Shown here: piece after piece, positions 1 to 11,589 of the stretch
Layout: each line of letters opens with the position of its first letter
Numbering within the stretch: position 1 is the first letter of the stretch
Source of the DNA: Chiloscyllium plagiosum
Lineage: Eukaryota
Assembly (NCBI RefSeq): GCF_004010195.1
Contig: NC_057759.1
Span: 945,340 to 988,824, forward strand
Length of the DNA: 43,485 nucleotides
Direction of reading: 5' to 3'
Translations under genes and position numbers: made by a program
Notes under the pieces: model-generated
Database searches by the model: none
Seen by the model: only the letters and a program-made list of their open reading frames with translations
Told to the model about the DNA's origin: nothing

Positions 1-585
1 TTCTGTGTCTCCCCAATCTCTTCCGCCTCCACACGCAACTTCCCACTACTATCCTTGACTGGACCTATTCCTACCCTAGTCATTCTTTTATTCCTAACAT
101 ACCTATAGAAAGCCTTAGGGTTTTCCCTAATCCTACCGACTAAGGACCTTTCATGTCCCCTCCTTGCTGCTCTTAGCTCTCTCTTCAGGTCCTTCCTGGC
201 TACCCTATAACTCTCAATCGTCCCAATTGAACCTTCACGTCTCATCTTGAGATAGGCCGCCCTCTTCCATTTAACAAGGAATTCCAATTCCTTATTAAAC
301 CACGGCTCCCTCGCACGACCCTTTCCTCCCTGCCTGACAGGTACATAATTATCAAGGACACTCAATAGTTGCTCCTTGAACAAGCTCCACATATCATTTA
401 CACTCTTGCCTTGGAGTCTACTTTTCCAAGCCACACATCCTAAGTCATGCCTCACCGCATCATAATTTCCCTGACCCCAGCTATAACTCTTGCCCTGTAG
501 TACACACTTATCCCTCTCCATCACGAGAGTAAAAATCATCGAATTATGGTCACTATCCCCAAAGTGCTCACCTACCTCTAATTCT
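1..585 (-). mobile_element. CR1/HER1-type LINE ORF2 fragment (end of APE endonuclease plus linker)
   Basis: Reverse strand of 540-581 translates LEVGEHFGDSDHNS, the APE 'SDH' motif; CR1-like linker sequence runs to the window start. Confidence 0.85.
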
Positions 586-589
586 AATG

Positions 590-960
590 AGAGGAGTAAT
601 GAGAGGAGATCTAAGAGATATAGGATGCTAGGGTGGGGGATTGATAAAGGAGATGGAGAGAGGATGTTTCCTCATGTGGGATAATCTGGAACAAGAGGTT
701 ATCATTTCAGGAGCAAGGGGTAGGACAGAGTGAGAACAGGGATGGGTAGGAATGGGTTCTCTCAAAGGGGGTGCAGGAATCTGTGGGAATATTCCCTCCC
801 CAGAGAATATGGGGAATACAGGGACACTGAAGGACGATATAGATTTTTAACTAGTGACGAGATAAAGGAAGCAAGGGCAAGAAATAGAGTTGAGGCCGAG
901 ATGGAATCAGCTGCAATTGTATGAAATGGAAGAGCAGGCTCCTAATGGGCTGAATAGCCC
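590..960 (+). mobile_element. Degenerate CR1 LINE 3' end
   Basis: Decayed match to the CR1 ORF2 C-terminus (RGDL..., TRG(H) at ACAAGAGGTTAT, ...LWN.LP) plus a typical 3' UTR (GGCTGAATAGCC). Confidence 0.7.
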
Positions 961-1109
961 CCTTTTACTCACCCTTATGTATTGATGATATACCATGGAC
1001 AAGAGTGGAGAATTTCCACACGGTGTGAGTCCTGAGGGATGTTGCCAATAGCAAACACAATAAAGCCTCAACTCTGACAATTCGTAGGGACAAACAATCC
1101 CTTAGTGTA

Positions 1110-1445
1110 GAAGCAAGCCATTCGGCCCATCAAGTCCATTGCAACCTTCTGAAGGACAACATAAGCACACCAACCACCCTATTCAATTCCTGTAACCTTG
1201 CATTTCCCATAGCTAATCCAACTAACGGATTCAACTGTGAACACTATGGGCAATTTCCCATGGCTAATCCATCTAACCTGCACATCTTTGGGTTGTGGGA
1301 GGAAACCGGAGCGCCAGGAGCAAACCCACTCAGACTCAGGAAGAATGTGCAAATTTCACACAGACCATCGCCCAAGGCTGGGATTTAACCCGCGTCCCTG
1401 GAGCTGTGAGACAACAGTGCTAACCACCGAGTCAACGTGCCACCA
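1110..1445 (-). mobile_element. HE1-like tRNA-derived V-SINE
   Basis: Reverse strand has a tRNA-like head with A/B boxes (TGACTCGGTGGTTAGCAC...GGGTTAAATCCC), a V-domain (TTTGCACATTCTTCC...TCCGGTTTCCTCCCACA) and a CR1-derived tail. Confidence 0.85.
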
Positions 1446-1656
1446 GCGAGCGTGATCTGCCATTCAATGGCTGGTCTGTGGTCTAACTCCATAGAAATGC
1501 CTTTGGACCCTCTCCTGTTAATAACTTTGCAAACAGCATTTCTCTCAGATTGAAAACTAACATCTGATTCAGCCTCCACTGTGGTTTGTTGGCCAGAGTT
1601 CCAAACATCTCCCTCCCTTTGTGTGTAAATCGTGCAACGTGACATTTTAAACATAC

Positions 1657-1686
1657 CGTGTACCTCCAGATGTGAAACCCTTCTTA
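1657..1686 (-). CDS. Candidate 30-nt phase-1/1 mini-exon (xRRVSHLEVH), gene unassigned
   Basis: Acceptor ttctctctcgtttcttttaacAG, donor cacg|GTATGT, open in phase 1, length divisible by 3. Confidence 0.35.
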
Positions 1687-1851
1687 CTGTTAAAAGAAAC
1701 GAGAGAGAATTGGCTGTCACTCCTACAAAAGTTCTCATTTTCGATTTTAAACTCTGTGAGATGATGCACATACCCGTGCGATCATGTGTCATTTGCTTAG
1801 AGAGGAATCTGCTGTTTGAAATCCTGCAGCCACGGGTTTTGGGGCAGTTAA

Positions 1852-2179
1852 CAAACTCGCATTCCTGGACGTCACAGTAGAAATAAAGGGAAACGGAGAA
1901 CTACAAACCTGTGTATACAGAAAACCGACAAACACTGACCAAATACTCAACTACACCAGCAACCATCCCAATACACACAAACCAAAGCTGTAACAGAACA
2001 CTATTCCAACGAGCCACCACACACTGCAGCACAGACGAACTTCGGAAAACAGAGGAGAACCACTTATACGAAGTATTCAAGAAGAAAGGATACTCAAAAA
2101 ACACAGTGCGCAGATTCCTCAAGAACAACCCACAACAAGCAGACAAAACACAGCCAGAAACCCTAACCACCTTACCATA
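1852..2179 (+). mobile_element. Penelope-like element RT C-terminal/thumb fragment
   Basis: Translates LAFLDVTV...TCVYRKPTNTDQILNYTSNHPNTHK, then a frameshift, then RTLFQRATTHCST...GYS...TLPY, which are PLE RT-thumb motifs. Runs into the gap. Confidence 0.85.
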
Positions 2180-2715
2180 NNNNNNNNNNNNNNNNNNNNN
2201 NNNNNNNNNNNNNNNNNNNNNNNNNNNNNNNNNNNNNNNNNNNNNNNNNNNNNNNNNNNNNNNNNNNNNNNNNNNNNNNNNNNNNNNNNNNNNNNNNNNN
2301 NNNNNNNNNNNNNNNNNNNNNNNNNNNNNNNNNNNNNNNNNNNNNNNNNNNNNNNNNNNNNNNNNNNNNNNNNNNNNNNNNNNNNNNNNNNNNNNNNNNN
2401 NNNNNNNNNNNNNNNNNNNNNNNNNNNNNNNNNNNNNNNNNNNNNNNNNNNNNNNNNNNNNNNNNNNNNNNNNNNNNNNNNNNNNNNNNNNNNNNNNNNN
2501 NNNNNNNNNNNNNNNNNNNNNNNNNNNNNNNNNNNNNNNNNNNNNNNNNNNNNNNNNNNNNNNNNNNNNNNNNNNNNNNNNNNNNNNNNNNNNNNNNNNN
2601 NNNNNNNNNNNNNNNNNNNNNNNNNNNNNNNNNNNNNNNNNNNNNNNNNNNNNNNNNNNNNNNNNNNNNNNNNNNNNNNNNNNNNNNNNNNNNNNNNNNN
2701 NNNNNNNNNNNNNNN
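2180..2715. other. Assembly gap (536 N)
   Basis: Run of N. Confidence 1.
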
Positions 2716-3110
2716 CTCTTTCTCTCTCTCTTCCTCTCTCACTCTCAATCTTGCCCCCACACTCTTTCTCTCCCTCTCTCAATCCTGCCCCCACACTCTT
2801 TCTTTCTCTCCCTCTCTCAATCCTGCCCCACACTCTTTCTCTCCCCTCCCTCAATCCTGCCCCACGGACATTCTCTCCTCTCTGGATCCTGCCCCACACT
2901 CTCTCTCTCTCAATCCTGCCCCCACACTCTTTCTTTCTCCCCCTCTCTCAATCCTGCCCCACACTCTTTCTCTCCCCTCCCTCAATCCTGCCCCACGGAC
3001 ATTCTCTCCTCTCTGAATCCTGCCCCACACTCTCTCTCTCTCAATCCTGCCCCCACACTCTTTCTCTACCCTCCCTCAATCACGCCTCTCTCTCTCGCTT
3101 TCTATCTGTC
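2716..3110 (+). repeat. Pyrimidine-rich minisatellite, ~30-bp unit CAATCCTGCCCCACACTCT(TTC)TCTC
   Basis: About 11 imperfect copies of (A)ATCCTGCCCCACA with CT-rich spacers. Confidence 0.9.
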
Positions 3111-3591
3111 TCACCCCATCCTCTTACAAATATTTTAACTGCAAACTCGAAAACACAAACCAATTTGAATTGTTTTCACTCCTCCTAATAGCATGGCACT
3201 GGCAACTCATTAATCCTAGAGACAAATGCATACAATGTTTCATTTAGATAATAACATGTAACAACCACTTACAGAAAACAAGCAGGCAAAACACCTTCAT
3301 ATGCATCATCGAATAGAATCCAAACACAAAGTCGACCTCTCTCTTTCTGGGAGGGTAAATACTTCAGGGAGGCTAATAATTTCTCCTGTGGCCTTCCTGA
3401 ATAAAGGAAATAAATGGATGTGTGGCTTCATTGAGCAGGGAATGAGGTTACTCGGTCCACCTAGCAGCAGTGGATACTTGTAACCTGTGACTATCCGTCT
3501 CCCTGAGTGGGTTACAAACTGGTTTCTCTCCACCTCCCCCTTTTCCCACAATTTTACTCCCTTTAACTGAGGCGAATAAAGGGAGCTCAGC

Positions 3592-3850
3592 AAACATAGA
3601 GTCATACACCACAGAAACAGACCCTTCGACCCAACTCGCCCATGCTGACCAGGTTTCCCAAACTGAACTAGACCCATTTGCCTGCGATTGGGCCCTATCC
3701 TGCTCAACCTGTCGAATTCAATCCAATACAATCCAGTACAAATGTCTTTTCAATGGAGCAATTTCAGTTATCGCTATCACTTCCTCATGCAGCTCATTCC
3801 AAAAATGCATGATCATTTGTGAGAAAAAATGTACCCGTCAGATCCCCTTT
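3592..3850 (-). mobile_element. CR1/HER1 LINE 3' end fragment
   Basis: CATAGAGTCATACA...GAAACAGACCCTTCGACCCAAC is the reverse complement of the 3' tail also seen at 36900-36955. Confidence 0.75.
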
Positions 3851-4102
3851 CTCTCCCATCAGTAAGCCGGACAAACATGTCTGACAAACATGCACAGCCT
3901 TTCCAATGGGTACATGACCCTGGAGGGATTTAGCGCCACATCTCTCACCCCAGGAACCAGGGAGACAATCTAAAGGGGGAGATCAGGATCTGGCTTCTGC
4001 AGATCAGTCTGCAGTTCTTAATCATCAGCTGTGGGGTCACAGGGAAATTAACAGCGTCTGTGGGATGACCTTGGATTAGAGAGAACAGGAACTGATACTA
4101 AC

Positions 4103-4135
4103 CATCCAGACACAGGTCTAATGGACTGCCTGCAA
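4103..4135 (-). CDS. Candidate 33-nt phase-1/1 mini-exon (xAGSPLDLCLD), gene unassigned
   Basis: Acceptor ttcccgtttctttgtgtatcAG (alternative AG 6 nt downstream), donor gatg|GTTAGT, open in phase 1. Confidence 0.3.
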
Positions 4136-4609
4136 CTGATACACAAAGAAACGGGAAGTAAACCTGAGCCGTTGACAGCGAGCTCCTTATCTGACAGAAA
4201 CACTTGCCAACAAGGCAAGAGGATTGATGTGAGTCAACAGACTCAAAATGAAATTCTCTCTCTCTCTCTGCACAAATGTTGCAGACCTTTTATAAACTCT
4301 GATATAACTCTGATTTCTCTCTCTATCTCTCTCTTCAGAGGTGTCACCAGAACTGCTGAGTTTCTCCAGTGCTCTCTGTGTTGGTTTCAAATTTCGAGAG
4401 TCCGGCAATATGTTGCTTTTGGAACCTGGTAAAATTGTATTCTTTGTATCAGACGACAATGGCCCCACTCCTGGTGAAAGTGTGTTCACTGCTGTTCAAG
4501 CAAAGAAGAAAGACGTGGTGGCACATTTCAAAATAACTTTGCATCACTCTGTCAGAATAGAAACACAGGATTACGTAACTACACGTTATGGAAATGGGGT
4601 CCATACAAC

Positions 4610-5190
4610 TATAGGACTAGGAGTTGGCCATTCTGCCCATCGAGTCTGTTCTGCCATTCAAAGAGATAGTGACTGATCTGATCACCCTCAACTCCACTTT
4701 GCCACATTTCCCCTATGACCCTCGATTCCCTTTTTGATTAAAAACGTCTCTATCTCAGCTTTGAATATCCTGAAAGACCCAGCCTTGAATTTTACGGATT
4801 CAATCCCTTCTGAACGAACAAATTCCTCCTTATCTCCGTCTTATTCTTAGATAATACCCCTCTGGCCCCATGCGCTTCCCCACAAAGGGAAACAACTTCT
4901 TTCCAAATCTCCCCTGTCAAATCCCTCTAAGAACTTTCAATAAGATCACCTCTCATTCTTCTAAACTCCAATAGGACAGGCCCAATCCATCCAACCTCTC
5001 CTCGTCAGACAGTCCCTCCATACTCCGGAACAGCTGAGTGAAACTTCCCTGGACTGCCTCCAATGCCCAGGTATATCTTTCAGACAGGAATCCCCAAAAC
5101 TATTCACGGTCTCCCAGCTGACTAGTGTCTTGTATAGTCTTTAAACAAAATGTCCGAATGTTTATCCACCATTCCGTCTGAAATAAAGAC
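4610..5190 (-). mobile_element. Degenerate CR1 LINE 3' fragment
   Basis: Reverse of the CR1 3' UTR and ORF2 end (GGCCATTCTGCCCATCGAGTCTG...; AGATCACCTCTCATTCTTCTAAACTCCA reads LEFRRMRGDL on the minus strand). Confidence 0.75.
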
Positions 5191-5209
5191 TGCTTGACCT
5201 CCCTATGAC

Positions 5210-6094
5210 CAGCTGAACAGAGGTGCTCTTGTTTGTCGTTCACTGACAATGCCTTCTCGATCCCTCTGATAAGGGCATTCTCAATGGGAGTGTCTTTCAA
5301 CTTTGCCAGAAGTTGCTTCCGCCTCTGTAATCGAACCAACACCTGGATCGTAAGAAGTAGTTTCCTCAACTGCTTGAGTACCTCAAAGAATCTCCGTACC
5401 TTTGTAAATTGCATTTGGTGTTTTTGAAGGTGTTCCTCATGTACCACAACATCAGACAGCATTGCAGTGTGTCACGGTATGATTTGGGATCTCCAGTGGG
5501 CAGGTCTTATGTTAATCCTACGGACTGAGCGATAGCTTCTCCCTGAGGAACAAGGTAATCTACTCCCTCCCCTCTGTAAATCAGCATTCACCACAAATCT
5601 GCATTCGCTGTCCCCTCTTTCTGTCCCTAATCTGTCCCTGTCTCGATTCAATTCTCCTTTTCTATTTATGTTCAAAACAAACATTTGCTCCACCTTTTGT
5701 GTTGAATTGTTAAACATTTTGCTAATCTGTTCATCACTCTCTTTTCAACTTATCCATTTGGGTGTTACTTTAGCCAGGAGAAAGTGAGGTCTGCAAATGC
5801 TGGAGATCAGAGCTGAAAATGTGTTGCTGGAGAAGCGCAGCAGGCCAGACAGCATCCAGGGAACAGGAGAATTGACGTTTCGGGCATAAGCCCTTCTTCA
5901 GGAAGGGTTTATTCCCGAAACGTCGATTCTCCTGTTCCCTGGATGCTGTCTGGCTGCTGCGCTTCTCCAGCAATACATTTTCAGCTGTTACTTTAGCCCT
6001 CTGTTTTCTTTACTTGGGCAGTTTAACTGTTGACTGCACAGCAAGTCAATTTTCACCCTCATTTCCAGTGGTTGCATCTCCAGCTGGCTTGTTT
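5210..6094 (-). pseudogene. Decayed large coding exon of unknown gene, interrupted by a hammerhead element
   Basis: After removing the 5776-5985 insertion and one TSD copy, 662 nt lie between acceptor ctcttttatcAG and donor ctg|GTCATA. They read in one frame for 220 codons with only four stops (3 TGA, 1 TAA) and end in an amphipathic stretch VRRFFEVLKQLRKLLLTIQVLVRLQRRKQLLAKLK. Confidence 0.4.
5776..5985. mobile_element. Inverted-dimer PLE-derived short element with minimal hammerhead ribozyme; 13-bp TSD
   Basis: TGTTACTTTAGCC at 5763-5775 and 5986-5998; internal palindrome; minus-strand core CTGAAGA-A-GGGC-TTAT-GCCC-GAAACGTC at 5901-5874. Confidence 0.85.
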
Positions 6095-6134
6095 CTGATA
6101 AAAGAGTTGGGATGCTTTTGTGAACGAATAGGAC

Positions 6135-6269
6135 GTGTGAGAGAGAGGGTGTGCGAGAAAAAGTGGTGTGAGAAAGACCACAGACTTCTGAGAGAGGGTT
6201 TGTGTGTGTGGGTGTGAGATTGTGTGTGAGACTGTGCGTGTGTGAGACTGTTTCCGTGTGTGTGTGTGT

Positions 6270-6310
<41 letters not shown>

Positions 6311-7122
6311 TTTGTGGCAGAGTATGTATGTGTGTGAGAGAGTGTGTGAGACAGAATGTCTGTGTGAGAGTGTACATGAGACAGAAAGAGAGAGTTGGTG
6401 ACAGTAAGTGTGTGTGTGTGAGGGTGAGAGGGAGACTGTGGTTGGAGGAAAGAGTATGTGAGAGTACGTGTGTGTGAGAGAGAGAGAGGACGTGTGAGTG
6501 AGAGAGAAAGAATCTATGTGAACGTGTGACTGTGTGTGTGCATGGGTGAGCGATTGTGCGATAGAGATAGAGAGACTGTATGTGAGATGGGAGAGATAGT
6601 GAGTGAGAGACAGTATGTGTGAGTGTGAGAGAGTGTGGGTGAGAAACAGTGTGCGTGTGAGAGAGTGAGTGTGAGAGAATATGTGTGAGAGAGTGTATAT
6701 ATAAGAGAGTGTGTGTGAGAGCGTCTGTGTTTGTGTGGATGCGAGAGAGTATATGAGACAGAGTGTGTGTGTGTGAGAGAGTGTGTGACCAATGTGTGTG
6801 AGCGAGTGTATGAGACAAAGTTCGTGTGTGTTTGGGAGTATGTGTTAGACAGAGTGAGAGAGTGTGTTTCAGACAGTGTATGAGCGAGATTCAGTGCGAG
6901 AGAGAATGTCCGTGTGAAAGAGTGAGTGCATGTGAGACGCAGTGTGTGGCTATGTGAGAGTATGTGTGAGACAGAAAGAGATAGAGAGTTGATGAGAGTA
7001 AGTGTGTGTGCGTGTGCGGGTGAGAGGAAAGGTTTGGGAGAGAGGAAAATGTGTGTGAGTGAAAGAGACAGAGTTTGTGTGTGTGAGAGAGAGCGTGTGT
7101 GAGTGTGCAGTGTGTGTGAAGT
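6135..7122 (+). repeat. Degenerate (GT)n/(GA)n compound microsatellite
   Basis: About 1 kb of GT/GA dinucleotide mosaic; explains the His/Thr/Leu/Ser-rich spurious ORFs. Confidence 0.95.
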
Positions 7123-7134
7123 GTCATACATTTC

Positions 7135-7390
7135 TACAATATGGAAACAGTCCATCTGGGCCAACATATCAGTGGCGCTCAGTTTTCACAATTAATACTA
7201 ATCCCATGTGTTTGTATTTAATCCGTATCCTTCCATACCAATCCTATCCATGTATCTGCTTAGACGTTTCTGGAATTACAAAACTGTACTCGCTTCCTTC
7301 ACTACCTCGGGCAGCCTGTTCCAGACACTCAACACCCTTTGTGTAAAAAATTGCACCACAGGACTCTTTTGTATCTCTCCCCTCCCACTT
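7135..7390 (-). mobile_element. CR1 3' end fragment
   Basis: ATGGAAACAG...ATCCATGTATCTG...TTCACTACCTCGGGCAGCCTGTTCCAGACACTCAACACCC is the reverse of the CR1 W(N)xLP region and tail. Confidence 0.65.
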
Positions 7391-8329
7391 TGCTGAAACC
7401 CTCATAAACATGAAGCAGGTTTTGTAGATGTGCACTTGTGATAGCAAGGATATGTGCCAAGTGCTGGGGAAATGGGATTAGACAATAGTGAGGTGGTTAC
7501 TTTTGACCAAAGACACGATGCGCTGATGGACTTTTTTCCTGTGCTGTAGTCTTTTACAACTCCCTGCCATTGGCTCTTATCTGTCCTCTGGGGCAATTAT
7601 GAATGGGGGGAAATAAACGCTCACCCAGTCAGTGATGCCCACATCACATGAACGATTGTAATAAAAATTGTGATTTGTTTTAACATGAATTGAATTGAGT
7701 TGATGGCCACATTCTCGTGGTTACTAAGGATTTGGCCTTTGGAGTAATAGAGAAGGGAAAGCATAGAAGGAGGCCCTTCAGCTCAATGCCTCTGTGCCTG
7801 ACAGATCAATCTTGACTGATCGATCTCTGCTTTGACTCATCTGGGTGAGCTCCTCCCCTGAGAGTAATTGGTGTGCTGTAAAATATGTGAGCGACAGCTG
7901 GGCTAATCTGACCTCTAATGGCACTTTGTGATATGAGGCAGCTTGGTGTGGAAATGACGGTGGTTAATGTCACCAATCTCCTTCCCAGTCACGGGTTTAC
8001 CTGGTGGGTGTTGTGGGTGTGTGTACGCTAACCAGTCTGTGGTGTGTGATGCTACACAATGGAATTCCCATATTCTCTCCAAGGTGATGTGGAACAGGAA
8101 TGTCATTTCTGTGTCAAGCTACCTCACCTGGCTGCAACAAATTATAGACACATCACAAATAGGAGCAGGAATAGCCCCTTTCATCCTGCTCCCCTCCCAC
8201 CCCACATTCAACAGGCTCGAATCTGGGTCCCTGACGCTGTACGGTAGCAGTGCTAACCACTGAGCCACCATGCTGCCCACAAATAGAGGATAGAGTGGAG
8301 TGTAGGCCAAACGGGAGTGAGTAGAGCGG

Positions 8330-8995
8330 GGCTCAACAGAAATGGGAAGATGATAGAGATGGGGGGAGAGGAAATTGGAGAGGGCAATAGAGTGGGGGGG
8401 GGCAAGGTTCAGAGGATGGTTATTGAGGAGAAATGGGGGAGAAGATTAGAGTTGCGGGAGATTGAGGCGACATGGGGTGGGGAGCAATGGAGTTGGGGGG
8501 ATAGATTGGCCCCCTTCCCTGTTTCCTGTGCACCCCACTCTATCCCCCTCCCATGTTTGCCCTGCCACCGCCATATCCTCCTCCCCTGTTACCTGGTCCC
8601 CACTTTATTTCCCTCCACTGCTCCCCCTGTCTCCCTATTCTATCTCCCACCCCGTGTCCCCTGATCAGTCACTCTATACCCCTCCTACTTTCCCCTGCTC
8701 CCCACTCTATTCTGCTCCACTGTTTCCCCTGCCCCCACTCTATCCAATTTCAATGTTACCCCTGCCTCCCAGTCTATTCTCTCCCCTGTTTCTACTACCC
8801 CATCTATCCCCCTTTTGTTTCCCCTACCACTCCCACTCTATCCTCATCCCCATTCCCCCAGCCCCCACTCTATTCCCCTCCCCATTTCCTCTGCCCGCCT
8901 AACTCTTTGCCAGTTTTGTGTTTTCCATGCCCTCCCATTCCCCTCCACTCATTTCCTCTCTCCCCAAACTCTCCACCTTCTATCCCCCTTAAGCC
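8330..8995. repeat. Low-complexity purine-rich then pyrimidine-rich tract
   Basis: GGGGAG/ATAGAG-rich block followed by CCCC(A)CTCTAT-rich block of roughly complementary composition. Confidence 0.8.
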
Positions 8996-9269
8996 CACAT
9001 AGTATTGCAGAAAGATCACTTGACCTGAAACATTAACTCTGGTTTCTCTCCACAAATACGACCAGACCTGCTGAGCTTTCAAGCAATTGCAGGTTTTTAA
9101 TTTATGATTTACCACCTTCTCAATTCTTTTGATTTTCATTCTCTGATAACTATCTCGCATCTCATCAACAGGGTTCCATCAGCTTACCTCTATCTAATAA
9201 AGAAAATCTCCTAATATATTATGTACAGGATTTTGCTCATTACTGAATACAGACTCATTGCGTACAAAC

Positions 9270-9930
9270 GCAAATACCACTAAGGCAGATGCAGTTTAAA
9301 GTGGATCGACGTAAGCTTGGCCAATTGGGGAGCAAGAACACGAAGGTGGATTGCTTTCCGAATGGCGATGGATTGGGAAAAGAGAATTGAGGACTGGAAT
9401 TGGGATTTCATGTTAGGGCTGTTCAAGACATTGGCCAGTCCACGTTTCGAGTATTGCATACAATTCCTCTCGCCATGCTGTTATTAAATTGGAAAGGGTG
9501 CAGGAAAGTTTTACAAGGATGTTATCAAGGTTCGTGAGTCTTAATATTAAGGGGACGCTGGAGAGCCTGGGACGATTTCTTTTTCCTGGAGGGTCAGCGT
9601 CTGAGGAGTCGATCTATAGAGTTTTATACAATCATAAGGGGCATACATAAGGTCAAGGTCTTTATCCCAGGGTAGAAAAGTAGAAATGAGGGCATAGATT
9701 TTAGATGACAGTGGAGAGATGTAAAAGAGACCTGAGGGGCAATTTTCCATGCAGTAGTTGTTGCATACGTTGAAACAGCAGCTACAGGACAAGTACATGG
9801 ATAGGAAAGATTTCAACAGATATTGGCCAAGTGCACGAAAATGGGGCTGGTTCAGATTAGGAAGCCTGGTCAGCATGGATGAGTTTGGCTGAAGTGTCTG
9901 TTTCCCTGCTATATGACTCTATGACTCCAT
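9270..9930 (+). mobile_element. Degenerate CR1 LINE 3' fragment
   Basis: Decayed TL..PxFEYCIQ, LERVQ..FTRML and RGDL motifs; CTATGACTCTATGA tail. Confidence 0.75.
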
Positions 9931-10319
9931 GATTAGGGGCATGCATGCTGTCCTTGACAGCAATGCCCTACATCCTTTACCTGAATGAGGGACTGCAGTG
10001 TTTAAAACCTGTAACTCAGTCACTGTCTTTGCTCGCTCTAATGCTTAACAATTCATCGACATAGTCCTGCTGTTCCATTGAAAGAAAAATGGGATCTATT
10101 GACCAGAACCTTCTGCCCTCGCACTGTCGTTGTCCCTCATGATGTTTATCGGTTTGTAATCAGACCTGTACTGCTCGTTTCTTGATGGACAGCAGTTATC
10201 AGGTCAGTACGAGGGCGGTGTTAAAATATTACATCATCAACAAAGCCTGTATTTACTTCAATCAGAACCATTATTGGGTGCCGTAGCAGTATCCCTACCT
10301 CCAGACTGAGAGGCCAACA

Positions 10320-10650
10320 TTTCTTTTATTCCTGGGAGGAGGGCATCACTGGAAAGGTCAGCATTTACTGCCTATCCCAATTGCCCAGAGGGCAGTTACA
10401 AATCAATCACATTGCTGTGTGCCCAGAGTCACATGTAGGCCTGACCAGGTAAGGATGGCAGTTTCTCTCCCTAAAGGACATTAGTGAACCAGATGGGTAT
10501 TACCGACAATTGATTTGCTATCACAATCAGTCTTTAAAGTCAAGAATTTTGTTGAATTTAAAATCCACTATCTTTCGTGGTGGGATTCAGACCTGGGTCC
10601 CCAGAATATTACTGGGGACTCTGATGAACAGTTCACCGATAACACCACCA
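10320..10650 (-). mobile_element. SacSINE1-like DeuSINE
   Basis: Reverse of the Deu domain (GTCACATGTAGGCCTGACCAGGTAAGGATGGCAG...AAGGACATTAGTGAACCAGATGGG) with a tRNA-like head (GGGATTCAGACCTGGGTC). Confidence 0.75.
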
Positions 10651-10989
10651 GGCCAACGCTTCCCCATCCAAAGTACAAGTCTGCAGCTCTGGATGTGTCT
10701 GATACCCCCACCCCCATCATCGTGGCGTTTCCCAAACATCTGCAGTGAGAGACATCCCACACATTCACACAATGCAGTACAAAATCTTACAAAGCTGGGC
10801 CAATGCATCCGGCAGGGGTTTCGGATTGTTGAGAGTTCTCTTCTCCATGTAGACTTCCTATCCACAGGATGCAGAGGAGATTCACCAGGATGTTGTCTGG
10901 GATGGAGCATTTCAGTGATAAAGTGAGGCTGGATAAGCACGGCTTGCTTTCTTTGGAGCAGAGTAGACGGAGGCGGTTTTGATTTTGTT

Positions 10990-11340
10990 TTCATTTATTT
11001 ATGGGACGGCAGCATCGTGGGTGGGCCCAGCATTTGTTGACCTGTCTCCAGTTGCTCTCTGGAGCCACTGTACTCCCAACTTCTGAAGGTTAACTCACAA
11101 TTTACTTAGGGAGGGAATTCCAGCATTTTGACGCAGTGACACTGAAGGAACGGCTGATGTGTTTCCAAAGGATGTTGAGTGGCTCAGAGTGGAGCACACA
11201 ATGGTTGGTCTTCCCGTCTGCTGTCCTTGTCCTTCCAGGTGGAATTGGCTGTGGATTTGGAAGGTGATGTCTGTGGATGTTTTCTGACTTTCTACAGTGC
11301 ATCTTGTGGATGGTACACACTGCTGCTACCAATTGGGTGC
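10990..11340 (-). mobile_element. LINE 3' fragment sharing its tail with the DeuSINE
   Basis: Reverse strand reads ...SRSFSVTASKCWNSLP, a LINE ORF2 C-terminus, followed by a tail resembling that of the SacSINE1-like copies. Confidence 0.55.
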
Positions 11341-11589
11341 AATAAAAACGAACTGGCAAGTACTTAAAGTCAATGTCAGTGATGATGTAATAATGAACTA
11401 AAGGGAACTTGATCATCATCACTAATATTGCCCCAATTTTGAAACTCACTTGTCTCTGGGCATTGGAAGTGGAATGCGAAGCAGTGAGTAATCTATTCCA
11501 TTGAGAAAGTGTTGCTGGTTATTTTCCATTGTGCTTAAAGGCAGACACAAAGCTGGGAGGGGAGGGGGAGCTGAGAAGGAGCATGCAGA

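Noticed and set aside
1380..1445. tRNA-like sequence, also near 8215-8275 and 28120-28185
   Set aside because: SINE heads; at 1380 and 28120 they are attached to V-domain bodies, and none shows a complete cloverleaf.
2716..3110. Repeat-spacer-like periodicity (CRISPR-like)
   Set aside because: Spacers are low-complexity CT variants rather than unique sequences; eukaryotic context and no cas genes.
1901..3188. Long ORFs of 200-425 aa here and at 30013-30981
   Set aside because: Artefacts of reading through N gaps and minisatellite.
5988..7167. His/Thr/Cys/Val-rich ORFs here and at 32390-33819
   Set aside because: Translations of GT/GA/TG simple repeats.
10100..10180. Minus-strand SDYKPI ITIM-like hexapeptide
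   Set aside because: No good acceptor in a compatible phase; such a hexamer is expected by chance.
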